NCBI GenBank assembly: GCA_038087875.1
Contig: CM075992.1
Location: forward strand, 7,504,001-7,568,000
Source of the DNA: Malacoraja senta
Lineage: Eukaryota
Direction of reading: 5' to 3'
DNA: 64,000 nucleotides
Shown here: one piece after another, positions 46,405 to 61,101 of the stretch
Layout: each line of letters opens with the position of its first letter
Numbering within the stretch: position 1 is the first letter of the stretch
Notes under the pieces: generated by a model
What the model saw: only the letters and a program-made list of their open reading frames with translations
Told to the model about the DNA's origin: nothing
Database searches by the model: none
Position numbers and translations under genes: made by a program

Positions 46405-48993
46405 CAGATGCAGGGCCGCCGAGACTGGCCCCTGCTTGCCTTCAAAGACCGGAAACCAGAGAGGAGGTAGTTGGTAATGGTGCCGAACGCTGAACAAGGT
46501 CCAGTAAGAAGGAACCCTGGATCTAACCTTTGAAGACGGGCATAATCGCTGAAGTTCCTGCCAATATTTGTACCTACACTTGTTTTATCACTGCTTTAAA
46601 AAAAAAATCCTCGCTCTGTATACATTGGCCTCCAAAGCAAAGGTACTTTTTATTACTGTAAAATACTTCCGGTGTCCAAGGTGGTGAAAGGCACCATGTT
46701 AAAGGTCAGCTGCTGGAGTCTCTCTGGGGCATGATGGTTGATGATGGCCAGGCAAGGAGAGGGGTGATGGTTCACGGGATGACTAGATGGAGATGACAGC
46801 TGCAGCGGCCTTTAATGCCAGCTGCAGTTGGGACTGAAATGGTGCCAAAACCTGGCGACTCTTGCACATTGGACTCAGTGGGCTGTTACTATGTATTATG
46901 TACTTATTGTACTCATGGCAATTATTTATACTGATCTGTATGCAAAAAAAAAGTATTCCACTGTACCTTGGTGCACGTAATAACAAAGGAACCATTGAGC
47001 CATTATACCAAAGGTAGACTCAGAAGAAGAGCCCTGACCTGAGATGTCACCTATCCATTTTCTCCAGAGATGCTGCCTGAGTTACTGCACCATTTTGTGT
47101 CTATTTTTGGTCAATGCTAAAGCTGTCAAAGAAATGTTACAAGGACTCCCTCAAAGCATCTGTGGGGGGAATTTTGAGAATGGCATTGAAAGTCGGGAAG
47201 TTTGGTGAGATGCATGGGATAAAGATAGCATTGGCCTGCCATGACAGTTATGTAACCTGGTAGAATGATTGGATCATTGGCAGATGAAATTTAATGCTGA
47301 GAAATGTGAAGTGTTACATTTTGGTAGGAGGAATGAGAAGGAGCAACATAAACAAGGGCACAAGAACAGAATTGTGGATGATTTGTTGAAGCTGGCAGGG
47401 TAGGTGGCAAAAAGCATTTTAACAGAAAATGAGTTCTTTAAATCAAAGCTCAGATGCAATGTGTTGTTTAAAACTGTTAAGTTATTCACTTTGGCACACA
47501 AAATAGGAGTTTTGTTAAAAGAAAAGAGATTGGTTATTGTTGATGTTCTTGATGCAGTTACAGAGGGCCTTAAACAGTACAACACAATAAGAAAGCGCCT
47601 GAGTATTGTGTGCAGTGCCTGCGAAAGGACATCCTTGCCAGTGAGTGCAGTAATGATTCACTACAATGATTCCAGAGATGGTAGGTTTGACATGGAAAGG
47701 ATTAAATGGTCCTGGACTGCCTTCTGTTAAGTTTAGAAGAATAAGAGTTCTCATTGAACATTAAACTCTTACACAACTAAACAGGCTGGATACAGCTGAG
47801 GAAATGTCCTTGGCTGAGAACCAGAAAAGAAAACCATATCAGAAAAGGGCACAAAGTGCTGGAGTAACTCAGCGGGTCAGGCACCATCTCTCGAGAACAT
47901 GGATGGGTGACGTTTCAGATAAATTTGGGGGGTGAGGTGGTGTTGGGGGGTGGGGGGGGGCTCTTGCATTGATCTCTAGTTCTTGCTCTGGTTTCACACG
48001 CCTCTTCAACCCATGAAACCCTCTTCAACCCAACTGGAGTCATCCTTGATCCAGAGAAACTGCTGCAGGAGGAGATCTGCGTTATGTTGCAGTATAAACA
48101 TCCTCCCAGTTTACGAATGGCCGATTTATGTACAGCTCGTGTGTACGATCGAGTGTTGGGGAGGCTTGACGGGGTGGTTTGCCGGTTGCAACAGGATTGC
48201 AGGCATCATCTTTTGCGCAGGGAAATTTCCCAGCTGCATTTCCGGCTTACGAACTGAACTGTTCAACTTGCAGAACTCTGCTACAATTTGGTAGGACCTG
48301 TGTGCTTTTACACAGAACAGGGTTGATATTTTAAGCCAACTCCAATAAGCACTTTTACCAGTTCTCGATCAAATTGCAGAATAATTATTTGCTGCTGCAA
48401 GTTCCAGGTCTACATGAAAGAAAATCCTGTGTTTAATCAATTAGCATTTAACAAATTAGCAAATCCTTGCAATCTCCATTCATTTGGTAAAGTGCCTTAA
48501 GGTTTGTTGTAAAAATCTAGAAAGTTGTTCTTTATGGTTGATTACTGAGACTGAGTGTGGAATATAATGAAGCTTTATTGGAGAAGCTTGGATAAGATCT
48601 ATTTTGTCCATTGACTATAATTATTGATAATTGTTTGGATTGGGGCATTAAACTAGACATGATAGAGTCTGAAGAAGGGTCTCGACCAGAAACATCACCC
48701 ATTCCTTCTCCCCAGAGACGCTGCCTGTCCTGCCGAGTTACTCCAGCATCTTTGGTATAAACCAACATCTGCAGTTCCTTCCTACACATCGTCTTCACAT
48801 TGGGAGCATTGTCCATTGTGCGGGTCCACTGCAGTTGCTGTCAATGGAGTTGACCAGTGACTCGTTGCGAATGGAGAAGATTAGAACAGGAAAGGTCCAG
48901 ACGTGCCATAATGAGGTGCCGGACTAGTAAAGCTGCACCAGGGAATGAATTCATGCTAAATAGCAACACCAGCATGCAATTGAGCCAAGAAAT
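46405..48993 (+). repeat. Intronic tandem segmental duplication, copy B
   Basis: Collinear with copy A; lacks the MITE and HERO insertions. Confidence 0.92.
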
Positions 48994-49426
48994 ACCAAAG
49001 ATAGACACAAATTGCTGGAGTATCTCAGCACGTCGGGAAGAAGGGTGGAGCAGTGTTAAAGTTGCTGCCTTACAGCACTTGTAGCGCTGGAGACCCGGGT
49101 TCGATCCCGACTACGGGTGCTGTCTGTACGGAGATCTTCAGTTTCCTCCCACGCTCAAGACATAGAGGTTTGTGGGTTAATTGGCTCGGTATAAGTGTAA
49201 ATTGTCCCCAGTGTGTGTAGAGGTAGTGTTAATGTGCGGGGATCGCTGGTTTGTGCGGACATGGTTGGCCGACTGGCCTGTTTCCGCACTATCTCTAATG
49301 TAAATTAAGGGTCCCGACCTGAAGTGCTGCCAATCCAGTAAGTGTGTGTTTGCTAGAAACAGATTACATGTCAAGCAATAAAACTCTGTTCAAGAACTCC
49401 ATTCGCTGTTCTTTCATTTGCTACAG

Positions 49427-49516
49427 GAACCAAACCCTTTCAAGGCCACTTATGCGAAGGTTGTTCCAACCGCTAACAATGGGTCCCCTGAATTGGTGCT
49501 GCTTCTACATGACCAG
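49427..49516 (+). CDS. ATP13A1: ATP13A1 exon 2
   Basis: EPNPFKATYAKVVPTANNGSPELVLLLHDQ; 90 nt; AG/GT. Confidence 0.93.
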
Positions 49517-51400
49517 GTAAGCAACTGATGCTGCATGTGGCTGGAAGTATTTTTTTTTATTTTTTTGCAATTCTAATGGAAATTTCAATGGAAATGTGAA
49601 AGTGAGAGATGCTCAAATTCCCAGCTACTGTGAATCTATATCAATAATTTAGCTGTGATCCAATTCCTTATTTGAGAGTTTGCTAGAGGTATTTTGTGAA
49701 GAGAATTCAGAGGTATTTAGACTGAGTGAGGGGCATATGCAATAATTTGTGGGGAAAAATGAGAAGTTGATTGTTTGGATGCACAAAACAAAAGCGGAAT
49801 ATTTGTTGGAGAAGTTGGGGTAATGTTGATTTTCACAGTTCACAAGCTCATGTCACTGATGGTCAGTGAGCAGACATGAGAAGTGGTTAGAAGGGTAAAT
49901 GGTGTAATTGCCTTTGTGGAAAGAGAGTTGATTTCACCGAACTTGGCAGATCTTGAGCAAAACTGTTTCTGAGGAACTCTGTGGTCAGGCAGCATCTGAG
50001 AAGGGAAACGGATCAACAGTTTGGGACTCAATAGAAGAGTCCTAACCTGAATTGTTGCCTGTCCATTTTCTTCTACAAATGTTGCCTGACCTGCTGAGTT
50101 GTTCCGGTGCATTTATTCTGCTCAAGATTCCAGCATCTGCAGTCTCCTCTGCAAATCCTATTGCATTTGGCCTTGAGGGACAATTCCTAGAGTGTTATGT
50201 GCAGTTTTGGACTCCTTACACAAGAAAAAATATGCTTGCCAAAGAGGAAGTATAATGACATTTTGGTAAATTGGGATTGTTCTCTAGACTGAAGAAAAAT
50301 GAGTGGTTCTCATGTCAAATTGAAACCTTCAACGACCTGTTACTGGAAAGAGATTTTCCCCGATTGAGGATTCTAGCACGTGGATGTAGTTTGATGAAAG
50401 GCATGAGCCATCTAACAACGACATAAGAAATTAATTAACTTTGCTGAATCTTTGGAGCTGCCTACCTTAAGGCTGGGGAGGCTCAATAGTTGATCTTTTC
50501 ATGGCAGGTATTTGGATATTAGGGGAATTGGGAGTAATGTGGGAAAATGGCACAGAGATAGATCTGATCGCTCCCTTTCTGCATTCTTACTGCAAATTAC
50601 CAGAACAGGGGAACATAAATCTAAAGGTTACATGAAACTTTACAGTGCAATTTAATCTTTAGTGCATCTTAAATCTTAATGTTTGCAATTCAAAATGCTA
50701 TCAATTCAGAGCTAAGGATGCAGAGAATGGCAGCAAAACAAATTTAAGTCAGAGGAGCAGAATTAGGCCATTTGGTGCATCAAGTCTACTCCACTATTCA
50801 ATCATGGCTGATCTATATTTCCCCCTCAACCCCATTCTCCTGCCTTCTCCCCATAATCTTTGACACCCTTACTGATCAATAACCTGTTAATCTTTGCTTT
50901 AAAAATACACAAATGCTTGTCCTCCACGGCCATCTGTGGCAATGAACTCCACAGATTCACCACAGCAAGTACGGGTCAGTGAAAAGATTTGGCAAAGGTT
51001 AGCAGTGGCTAATAGTATTTAAGTAGTAAATGGTAAGATTAATTCAGTATTAAAAATAAGATAAATTGGTGGAACAAAAATATGAAACAAGTGACTTTTA
51101 AAATATAAATAGTCTGGTCTGAAATGCAGCAACTCCATCAAACTGGATGAATAGAGAAAACATTTTTTGGAAATCTGAAATTAAAATGTTTGTGTTAAGA
51201 AATTTCAGACATGTGTAAGATGACTATTGATGGATGTCATGTAGGTGACTGGTTGGATGTTAGGTGGGTGCATGTTCAATAGCATCAGGTTTTGGTGTGA
51301 TGGTGGACTCTTCTCAGCCTTTATTTCTCTTTTCATATTTAAATATCAGTCTCATTGTTTTCACGTTGTTGCTTAAATATTTTTTTCTCTTTCTCTGCAG

Positions 51401-51588
51401 GACACGAATCAACAGAAAACCATCTATTTTGAGTTTCAGAAGATTAAATACTGGTTTGATGAAGATGAGAATGAGTTCCTCCCAGTCGCTTTCCCAGTAG
51501 ATTTTCAAATTAATTTTTACCAGACTGCCAAAGGATTCCAGGATGAAATAGAACTCAAAGCTGCCGAAAAGAAATATGGTATAAACAA
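51401..51588 (+). CDS. ATP13A1: ATP13A1 exon 3
   Basis: DTNQQKTIYFEFQKIKYWFDEDENEFLPVAFPVDFQINFYQTAKGFQDEIELKAAEKKYGIN(K); AG/GT. Confidence 0.94.
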
Positions 51589-53189
51589 GTATGTACTGAA
51601 ACTTGGAAAAGTTGTGAAAATGAATGAAATGTTTATTTGTACAATAGCCACTATTGGGGTATACTCAACCATTTGTAAGCGTTACTACATTTTTGGTGGT
51701 TTGTATGTAGTTATTTATTTGCATAAGATTTGTTTTATCATGGTGAATACTATTGTAGCTGAAAGATCTCGATCATAGAATCAAAGTTTCCAGAAACAGG
51801 CTCTTTGGCCCAACTTGTCCATGAAGCCGCATCTAATCTAGTCCCATTTGGCCCATATCCCTCTAGACCTATCCTATCTATGTACCTGTCCCAGTGATTT
51901 TTAAATGCTGATAAACTATCTACCTCAACTCTCTACTGGCAGCTCGTTCCATGTACCCACCCACCCTCTGAGTGAGATAGCTGCCCCTCAGCTCCCTATG
52001 ATCGGTCCTGGAAACTGGTAGGTTCATAACTGAGTAGTTAGTCACTCAGACACAAAATGCTGGCGTAACTCAGCGGGATCTCTGAATAGGAATGGGTGAT
52101 GTTTCGAATCGAGAGCCTGAAGTAGGGTCTCGACCGGAAACATCAACCATTCCTATCCATAGATGCTGCCTGTCCCACTGAGGTACTCCAGCATTTTGTG
52201 TTTATCTTCGGTGTAATCCAGCACCTGCAGTTCCTTCATACACGTCGCTCAGCTCAATCTGAAGAAGGATCTCGACTCGAAACGGCACCTATTAATTTTC
52301 TTCAGAGGTGCTGCCTGACCCGCTGAGTTACTCCAGCATTTTGTCTATCTTGGGTTCATAACTGAGCTACCTTTAAATTATATCATATATCAGATGCTAA
52401 ACCATTTACCATCTTGACACGGAGACTAATCAGTCAGTATCACTGAGAATTATTCACTGCACGTGTTAGTGCCTGGCTTTTTGAAAGGCTGTCCAATTAG
52501 TCCCATTCCCTTGCCCTTTTCTTCATGGTCATATTGTAAGTATCACCAAGTTTGGAGGTCTTGAACCTGCTGGTTGTACTTTGGCAGTGGTTTTATTTTT
52601 ACTGATCTGCTGTTAGACTCAAATTATCAATAGAAAATGAACTTGTGTCAATTGCCCATTACTTATGGACCATGCAGAGAGTTAACCTGATGTGAAAACA
52701 GCAACTCCATTCACTTAAATGGAGGGAAGTGGTTTCAAGGTAGCAAGATAAGTATTGGTAATTTGAAGTTTTAGATTAGTTTAATGTCATGTTTTTTTCT
52801 GATTTATTTTAAATTGAATCCATTTTCAATGCTTTTGATTGCATGTTTCACGATGTGTAACACGATTGCCAGCTATGCTGTGGTGTGTTTTGGAGCATTC
52901 AACTAAATGACAAATGGTGGTACTGGAATAATCCTCGTTTAGTACTTTCGAGATTACCCTTTGCCTCTGATCCAGGAGAGGCAGGGCAGCTTGGATTGCA
53001 GTTGAAATTTGTACCATTTAGGTTTGATTGCAGGACGCCTTGTGAGCATCATCCAGGTGTTACAGATTTTCAAATTGGATGGAACGAACTTTGAAATAAA
53101 GGATTATTTAAAACAAACTAGTGATTCCTGTTAAACTGACCATGGGTTGCATGCACTTCCATGTATTTAAAATATCCAGCATTTTGATT

Positions 53190-53830
53190 GTTCCTGGTCC
53201 GAGAACACTGATGCAATTATCAAGAAAGCACATCAGCACCTCTACTTCCTGAGAAGATTACGGAGAGTCGGTTTGTCAAGGAGGACTCTCTCTAACTTCT
53301 ACAGGTGCACAGTAGAGAGCATGCTGACCGGTTGCATCGTGGCTTGGTCCGGCAACTTGAGCACCCTGGAGAGGAAATGACAACAAAAAGTAGTAAACAC
53401 TGCCCAGTCCATCAACGGCTCTGACCTTCCTTCCATCGAGGGGATTTATCGCAGTCGCTGCCTCAAAAAGGCTGGCAGTATCATCAAAGACCCACACCAT
53501 CCTGGCCACACACCCATCTCCCTGCTACCTTCAGGTAGAAGGTACAGGAGCCCGAAGACTGCAACGACCAGGTTCAGGAATAGCTACTTCCCCACAGCCA
53601 TCAGGCTATTAAACCTGGCTCGGACAAAACTCAACATTAATAACCCATTATCTGTTATTTGCACTTTATCAGTTTATTTATTCATGTGTGTATATATTTA
53701 TATAATGGTATATGGACACGCTGATCTGTTTTGTAGTCAATGCCTACTATGTTCTGTTGTGCTGAAGCAAAGCAAGAATTTCATTGTCCTATCAGGGACA
53801 CATGATAATAAACTCACTTGAACTTGAACT
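53190..53830 (+). mobile_element. Rex1-type LINE 3' end
   Basis: KKAHQHLYFLRRLRRVGLSRRTLSNFYRCTVESMLTGCIVAW...LPSGRRYRS; (cttgaa)n tail. Confidence 0.85.
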
Positions 53831-54182
53831 ACAATATAGGTTCATAAATTAGAGGAGCAGAATTAGGCCAATCGGCCCATCAAGTCTACACCACCATTCA
53901 ATCATGGCTTATCTGTCTTTCCCTCTCAACGCCATTCTCCTGCCTTCTCCCCTAACCCCTGACACATGTGCTAATCAGGAATCTGTCATCCTGCAGCTTA
54001 AAAAATACCCAATGACTTGGCCTCCACTGCCGTCTGTGGCAATGAATTCCACAGATTCCAGTGGAATCATCCCCTCCACATCCACTCTATCCAGTCCTTT
54101 CACTATCCAGTAACTTTCATAATAATCAAAATATGATCCAGAATGGTATCATGTCCTCATTTCTGATGTGTTTATTTTTCAG

Positions 54183-54255
54183 GGCTGAAATGATAGTTCC
54201 TGAATTCATGCAACTCTTCAAAGAGCGTGCCATTGCTCCTTTCTTTGTTTTTCAG
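54183..54255 (+). CDS. ATP13A1: ATP13A1 exon 4
   Basis: [24 protein letters not shown]; 73 nt. Confidence 0.95.
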
Positions 54256-56532
54256 GTAGGTATCTTGGATTACTAAAGGAATTTTAGTACTTTTTGCTTT
54301 GAACATGGTGAATATTATGTAGTATGTTTTGAAGATAGCATTATCATATCTCTCCCTGAGGTATTATATTCTTCCTCTGATCTGTCATAATCATCGTGGA
54401 GAGCAATGATTTGATTATTTCTTTATCTCAATTTCAACCATTGAATTCTAGTTTATCATTACTGGCAACAAGAAAAAAAATCCTCATTGTCTGACGAGTC
54501 TGAAGAAGGGTCTCGACCTGAAACGTCACCTATTCCTTCGCTCCATAGATGCTGCCTCACCCACTGAGTTTCTCCAGCATTTTTATCTACCCTCGTCTGA
54601 CCAGTGCCTTATAAAGCCTCAGCTTTGCATCCTTGCTTTTATATTCTAGTCCACTCACAATGAATGTTAACATTGCATTTGCCTTCCTTACTACAGGAGC
54701 AGGGGTAATATTGAATGGCTGAGCTAGAGAAGCTACACAGCCAACCTCTGCCTCTTTCTCATTATAGGGTGCCCTAACCAGTTTCTATACTAGCTCCCAC
54801 CTGCTCTTTGTTTTCCCTGATGTGCAGAGAAACATGGGGCATGATGTTCGTCCAACGTTCAACCCCAGCCTTATTTGGAGCCAGAGTTTTGATTTTTACC
54901 AATATATTGTAGACATTTATTGGCAAAAAAATTAAAATCTGGCTCCAAGTCCGCTGGGGTTAAACATTGGAAAAATATTAGACCCCATATCTTCCTAAAG
55001 CTGTATGGCCATTTTACCATGCTGCATCCATTATTCACATAGTCCAAACACACGTTTTGGTACATATGATAAAGAACCATTGAACCTAGACTGCTTTGTT
55101 TTTGATCTCTGACAGTAGTTATTTATTTTAGATTTCTCCCTCCCAATCCTGTAGCACTTAATTTTTCTCTAAATATTACATATACCGTGTCAGATTAAAA
55201 AAAAAATGTCCCAGTGAAAGTTATGGCTGCAAGGACATTGGTTCAAGATCAGATTACATCTACTCGCCTTGCATGAGCTAGGTGCATGAGCTACATCAGT
55301 ATATGGACTAAAAGTTAGCTGTTTCTCATGCCACATTTACAGCAGCCATAACTATTTTATCCGGTTATCGGTACTGTTTGAGTTTTAGTGTCAGTCAGTC
55401 AGGTTAGATTCTAATGGTGTTATTTATAATGCATGAGACTCGGTAATTGAGGTGCATGGACAGTTACTTGCTGACTGGGGTCATACATGAAAAAGAAATA
55501 TTCTGGCTGGTGCCAGGCACAGAGAAGATATATAGTCAGACCTGAGAGAAAGCTGGAAGCAGTTTAAAAAGGATTTTTTGCAGGAGGGATTCTAACCCTA
55601 GGAAAGGGTTGATTCCAAGTCTTGATGGTACCTGCTTGTCTGCACCAAGGAGTTTATCACATTTAGCAGAAAGCATGAAAAGATGACCTGTCCAAGTATT
55701 TGGGAAGAGTCCAGTGTTCCTCCCTAGTGCTGGCAGCAGTTTATCTCTTGTAGAAATAAACTGAAATTTTGTTTGTGAAGTAAATATATAAAAATAACTT
55801 CTGCCATAATGGCTATTTGCAGCCTAACTGCTATTCAGCTGCTACTCCAGGTAGTTCTGCTATAGTCCAGGGTTTACTGCGGTCCTGTGTTGTTGCGCTG
55901 GGCTTGGTAATGTGTGCAGGCCATCTTGTGGTACCGTGCTGGGTCTGGTGATGTGTACAGACACTTCCCATCTCACTTTGAGATTAGCATGCTTTCCACT
56001 CTGCCTTATAATTAATCCTGGTAAAATTCAGCAATAGACTCGAGGTTTGGGTAATTAAGTCTCCCTTGGCTACGGCCAAAAACACACCATCATTCCAACT
56101 CCCTCAGAAGATTAAGGAATGAGTGGACTCCAACGGCTTTTACCGTCTTCTACTGATGCACTGTTGAATGCATACTCCAGCATGCCTCGCAGCTTGGTTT
56201 GGCAACAACCCTGCCCAAGGCAGTTTTTTCCCTGCTGTTATCAGAGTATTGAACGACACTCCTGGAAGCTGGGATGTAGTGCTGATCTCCCAACCAACCT
56301 CAATGCAGACCTTGCACTTTGTTATCTGCATTTTCTCTAACTGTAATACCATAATGCTGTAACAGTATATTTTGCACTTTGCTACTTTTCTCTTTGCACT
56401 ACCTGTTGTACTTGTGTTTGGCTAGACTGTCCTCATGTAGCATATGATTGAATTTGACCAGATAGCACACAAAGTTGTTCAAGTGTATCTTGATACAGTG
56501 ATGGGTGTATTCTAAGTATGTGTATTTTGCAG

Positions 56533-56688
56533 GTGTTCTGCGTGGGTCTGTGGTGCTTGGATGAATACTGGTATTACAGTGTCTTTACCCTTTTCATGCT
56601 GGTAGCCTTCGAAGCCTCCTTAGTGCAGCAACAAATGAGGAACATGTCAGAGATCCGGAAAATGGGAAACAAGCCCTTCATGATCCAG
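56533..56688 (+). CDS. ATP13A1: ATP13A1 exon 5
   Basis: [52 protein letters not shown]; 156 nt. Confidence 0.97.
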
Positions 56689-56764
56689 GTAGGAGTTTAA
56701 GTATGGTAGTTCGACACTCAACTTGGAAAAAGACTGAAATGATGCCACCTCTTTGTGTTCAGGT

Positions 56765-57570
56765 TCTTCTTGGGGTCGGTGGGGGCGCTGCGAGTCGGCT
56801 GCCCTGCCAGCAGCATGTTCGTTATTTCGACTTTTCTTGTTTCTTTTGGTGTGTCTAAGTTGTTTTTGGTGCTGACAGTTTAGGTGTCTCTTGGTGTCTT
56901 GTGTGGTGGTGGGGGGGTGGGGGAGGGAAAGGGGGGGAACCACTTTTGGTCGCCTCCTCGACGGAGAGGCAACTTTTTCCATGTCGCCTCCCTCGCGGCC
57001 TAACAGCTTGGATTGGAGCGGCCTTTTCCCGAAGTCGGGCCTAGAGCTTCAGAAACAGGCGCAGCGTGGACTTTTCCATCGTGGAGCGGGCAAACCCTGC
57101 CAGAGAGGAGTGCTCCGATGGCTGGCCTGGTGACTTTGTCATCGTGGGGTTGTGGTTTGCGGAGCTTCTAGCCGCGGACGTGGCGTGGACTTACCATCCA
57201 GAGTCTGGGATCGCCGGAGAAGAGCTCCGACCGCCGGCCTGCGGCCTATAACATCCTGAAGCCGCGGTCTCCGGTAGGAAAGTGCCGATTCGGGTACTCC
57301 AATGTGTTTGACCGTCCCGACGTCAGAGGTTTGATCATCCCGAAGAGAGGGCCTGTACATCCGGCCGTCCGTAGCGGCGACTACGGAGGGTTCATGGCCC
57401 CGACCACGGATGAACAAAGGAGGAGGACTGACTGAATTTTGTTGCCTTCCACCACAGTGAAGAATGGTGTGGTGGATGTTTGTGTTAAATTCTATTGTGT
57501 ATTGTGTGTTCTTTTTAAGTGTATCGCTGCTGGCAAATTCATTTCACTGCACCTTTGGGTGCATGCATCG
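56765..57570 (+). mobile_element. Unclassified CpG-rich non-autonomous element
   Basis: Abrupt CpG-rich block in an AT-rich intron with no coding signal; 3' end atttcactgcacc...gtgcatg resembles Rex1-type tails elsewhere in the window. Confidence 0.45.
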
Positions 57571-59104
57571 GGACTTCCGCACCGATAGGCATGTCATCGG
57601 GACTTCCGCACCGATCGGCAGGTTGAATTTGCTACCTGCAGCTGAGGCTCTGGAACACCAGCCCGGCCTGAGCCAGCAGATCCGTTCCCATAGCCAACTT
57701 TGCCAGCCGGTGGCTCGGCTCTCCCCAAGGCTGTGACCTCTGGTCCGGCAAAACTGATAATCCAGAAAGGTTGTGGAACCAAGGGTGCCGGAAAATTAGG
57801 ATGGACGTAGTTACTCTTGGATGCCTGGCATTCTATACTTTGCCATTTTTTGATCACGATACTAGTATCACCATAAGACAACAGCACGAATGATATAGTT
57901 TGGCTCACTCCACCCCACCAAAATCTTTAGGTACAGAAAAGGTGAGATGCAGAAAAGAAATCTTCCTTTGCAATAGAATATAGAACAGTATGGTACTAGA
58001 AAGGGCCCTTTGGCCTGCAATGGCTGTGCTGACCATGGTGCCAAACTAAACTAATCCCGTCTGCCCAAACATGGTCTGTATCCCTCCACTCCGTCTGTTC
58101 ATGTGCCTGTGTAAATGGCTCTTTAGACGTTTGTGTTATTGTATTTGTTTCCACCGACTCCCTAAGTATATGGAAGGCACCATACCACTGTGTATTTAAA
58201 ATACACTTGCTTCAATTCTCTTTTAAGCTTACTCCCTCTCACCTTAAACCTGTACCCTCTAGTCTTTGACACTTCTACCATGCTCCATCTACCTTATCTA
58301 TGCCTCAAATACCTTTATATATTTCTATTGGGTCCCCCCTCACTGTGAAACCTGATGAAACAATTCAAGTTTGACCAATCTCTTATTACACTCTAATCCA
58401 GGCGACATTCTGGTGATCCTCTTCAACATCTTCTCCAAAGCTGCCTCAGCCTTCCTGAAATGCAGCCACCAGAACTGAATACAATACTCCAAACGTGGCC
58501 CTGCTAAAGTTTTATATTTGTACGTTCTGATCTGAAAACACTAATTTTACCAGTCAGTATCCTCTCTGTCATCCATGCCATGCAAAGCTGCATGTTGGCC
58601 ATTCCTAATCGGCAGTGGATGTGAATAAATGGTTCCTCAAAGGATTATTTGTAGTCTTGAAGATTTGAAATCCGTGGTCATGACCTGAAATTGTGCCTGT
58701 CCATGCCCTCCCCAAATGCTGCCCTACCTGCAGCATTGTTTTGATCATAGAACAGCAAGCCAGTTGAATTATTGATCCTTTACCTAGTTTCTTGGTTAAC
58801 TAGGTTTTAATAGAGCCCGAAGCTACCCATTTCCCTCAATGCATTTATAGCAATCGTATCTGTGTAATTATTTTAAAAAATATATATATACCCACACTCA
58901 CACTCAATTAAATAAAAAGATTTGGTTATGTTATGATGAGTCCATCTTTTTGTAGGTGCCCTGTATTCGTGTCTGTTAGTGTCTGATTCTTGAACAGTGA
59001 AATTAGTGTTTTATCGTTTGTTTGCTCTATAGTTGACAGTCTGAAAGATCTGTTATATTGACTAGTTTGTCCCCTTTGCGTTTTCTTTTGCTTATTTACT
59101 CCAG

Positions 59105-59174
59105 ATCTACAGGAATAGGAAATGGAGGCAAATCTCAAGTGAAGAGGTTATTCCTGGTGACATTGTTTCAATAG
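59105..59174 (+). CDS. ATP13A1: ATP13A1 exon 6
   Basis: IYRNRKWRQISSEEVIPGDIVSI(G); 70 nt. Confidence 0.95.
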
Positions 59175-59513
59175 GTAAATACTTAATCATTTGTTATGAA
59201 TATGGAGATGTTTGAGCTCCCATGGGGAGCATTTCATCTACACAAAACCTCTACGTAAAACAAATTCTGTTAATATTCCGCACATTGGAATAACTATTCT
59301 TTTCATCTTTGAAAAATTGTGGAGGCAGCATTTCTCTCATTTTTTGTTGTTTCTTGTGCCCAATTACATTTCAGGACTTTGGGATTGATTTGCTGCATTG
59401 TCAAATAATTTACAATCCACAGGATGCTTTACTTCAGTGCAGTAGTGAGCTTCCTTTGGCCTGAGACGATATTGACTCCCCAACCAAAATCACAAAAAAT
59501 AGTTGTGATGCTT

Positions 59514-59792
59514 GTTTAGTTTAGAGATACAGTGCGGAAACAGGCCCTTCGGCCCACCGATTACACACCGACCAGCGATCACCCGCACACCAGGGACAAT
59601 TTGCATTTACACGAGGCCAATTAACCTCCAAACCTGTACATCTTTGGCATGTGGGAGAAAACCGGAGAGCTTGGAGAAAACCCACGCCGGTCACTGGGAA
59701 AACGTACAAACTCCGTACGGATGGCATCCGGAGTCAAGAACGAACCCGGGTCTCTGGTGCTATAAGGCAGCAACTCTACCGCTGCACCACCG
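59514..59792 (-). mobile_element. V-SINE
   Basis: Head, core and tail. Confidence 0.8.
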
Positions 59793-60175
59793 CCTGTTGG
59801 GGCAGAAATTTGGTTGGGGAATCAATTATCCCAATACCTAACTCAATATTACATGGCAGTTGCCCATTCCGTCACCCATTCCTTCTCTCCAGAGATGCTG
59901 CCTGTCCCGCTGAGTTACTCCAGCATTTTGTGCCTATCTGTGATTACATTGCAGTTGTTGGACCTCAATGAGTACAAATCAGTACCATGTTTATATCCAC
60001 TACTGTGCAACGTCAATAGTATTTCAGAAAATGTAATTTGAAAATGTAATTAATTGTGGGCTTTGGATTATTCTGAATTTGTGAAAGGCACTGCATAGTT
60101 GCAAGCTTTTTCTAATCTATCGTCTGTTGCATGCCATTATCCCTCTAGGTAAATTTGTTTGCACTTTATTTCTGA

Positions 60176-60295
<120 letters not shown>

Positions 60296-61101
60296 TAAGG
60301 TGACAAGTTGAACAACCTTAAGATTAGAAATGGAACCCTTAACATGGAACATTTATGCACATGGGAATTGATATTTACCCATGAAAACTTGTGATTTACT
60401 TGGCTGAATGAAACTGTATATTAGGCAATTTTTAAAACATTTTTATTACATAAGGGGAAAAAGTGTATGTGTTACCAGATTGTCTATTGCACTTTTTATT
60501 CCCAGAGGAATAAAACATCTGGCAGCATTGGACAAACTCCATTCAGACGAATGAACATTATCTGTTCATTCCCTTCAAAGATACTGCCTGATCCTCTGAG
60601 TTCCTCCAGCAGTTTGTTCTTTACTCGAGATTCCAGCATTTGCAGTTTCTTATCTCCTAAAATGTGTGGGAGCTGTGTCCTTTTTGTTCATGGAGCGAGA
60701 GGTGGGAATAGGTTTGATGCAGTTATTGCCCATCGCAGTTTTTGAGTGCAAGGAGAATTTGTGTTCCGTTCACTGGGTCTGCAAGTTATCAGCAGTGCAG
60801 TTCCACAGTCCTGTTGCCCTTATTTCCCCCCCCCCCCCCCCCCCCAAATCTCCCCATACGTTTGAGGTATGTTCAAAGACAGGAACTTTCCTAGTGCATG
60901 TTAAAAGTCCGCTGGCAATGAGATGCTGGTTTTCCTTACACAGATGACGAGTTCACATGGTGACCAAGACTGATCACCAGAAATTGTCTAAACAGTTTGC
61001 TGCAGTGAACGTTGAATCTTCAGTTTCTTATTAGAAATATTTTGACAAATTAATGGCAAAATTGGAAAAAAATAATATTTTCACTGTGGTGATTCTCATA
61101 G

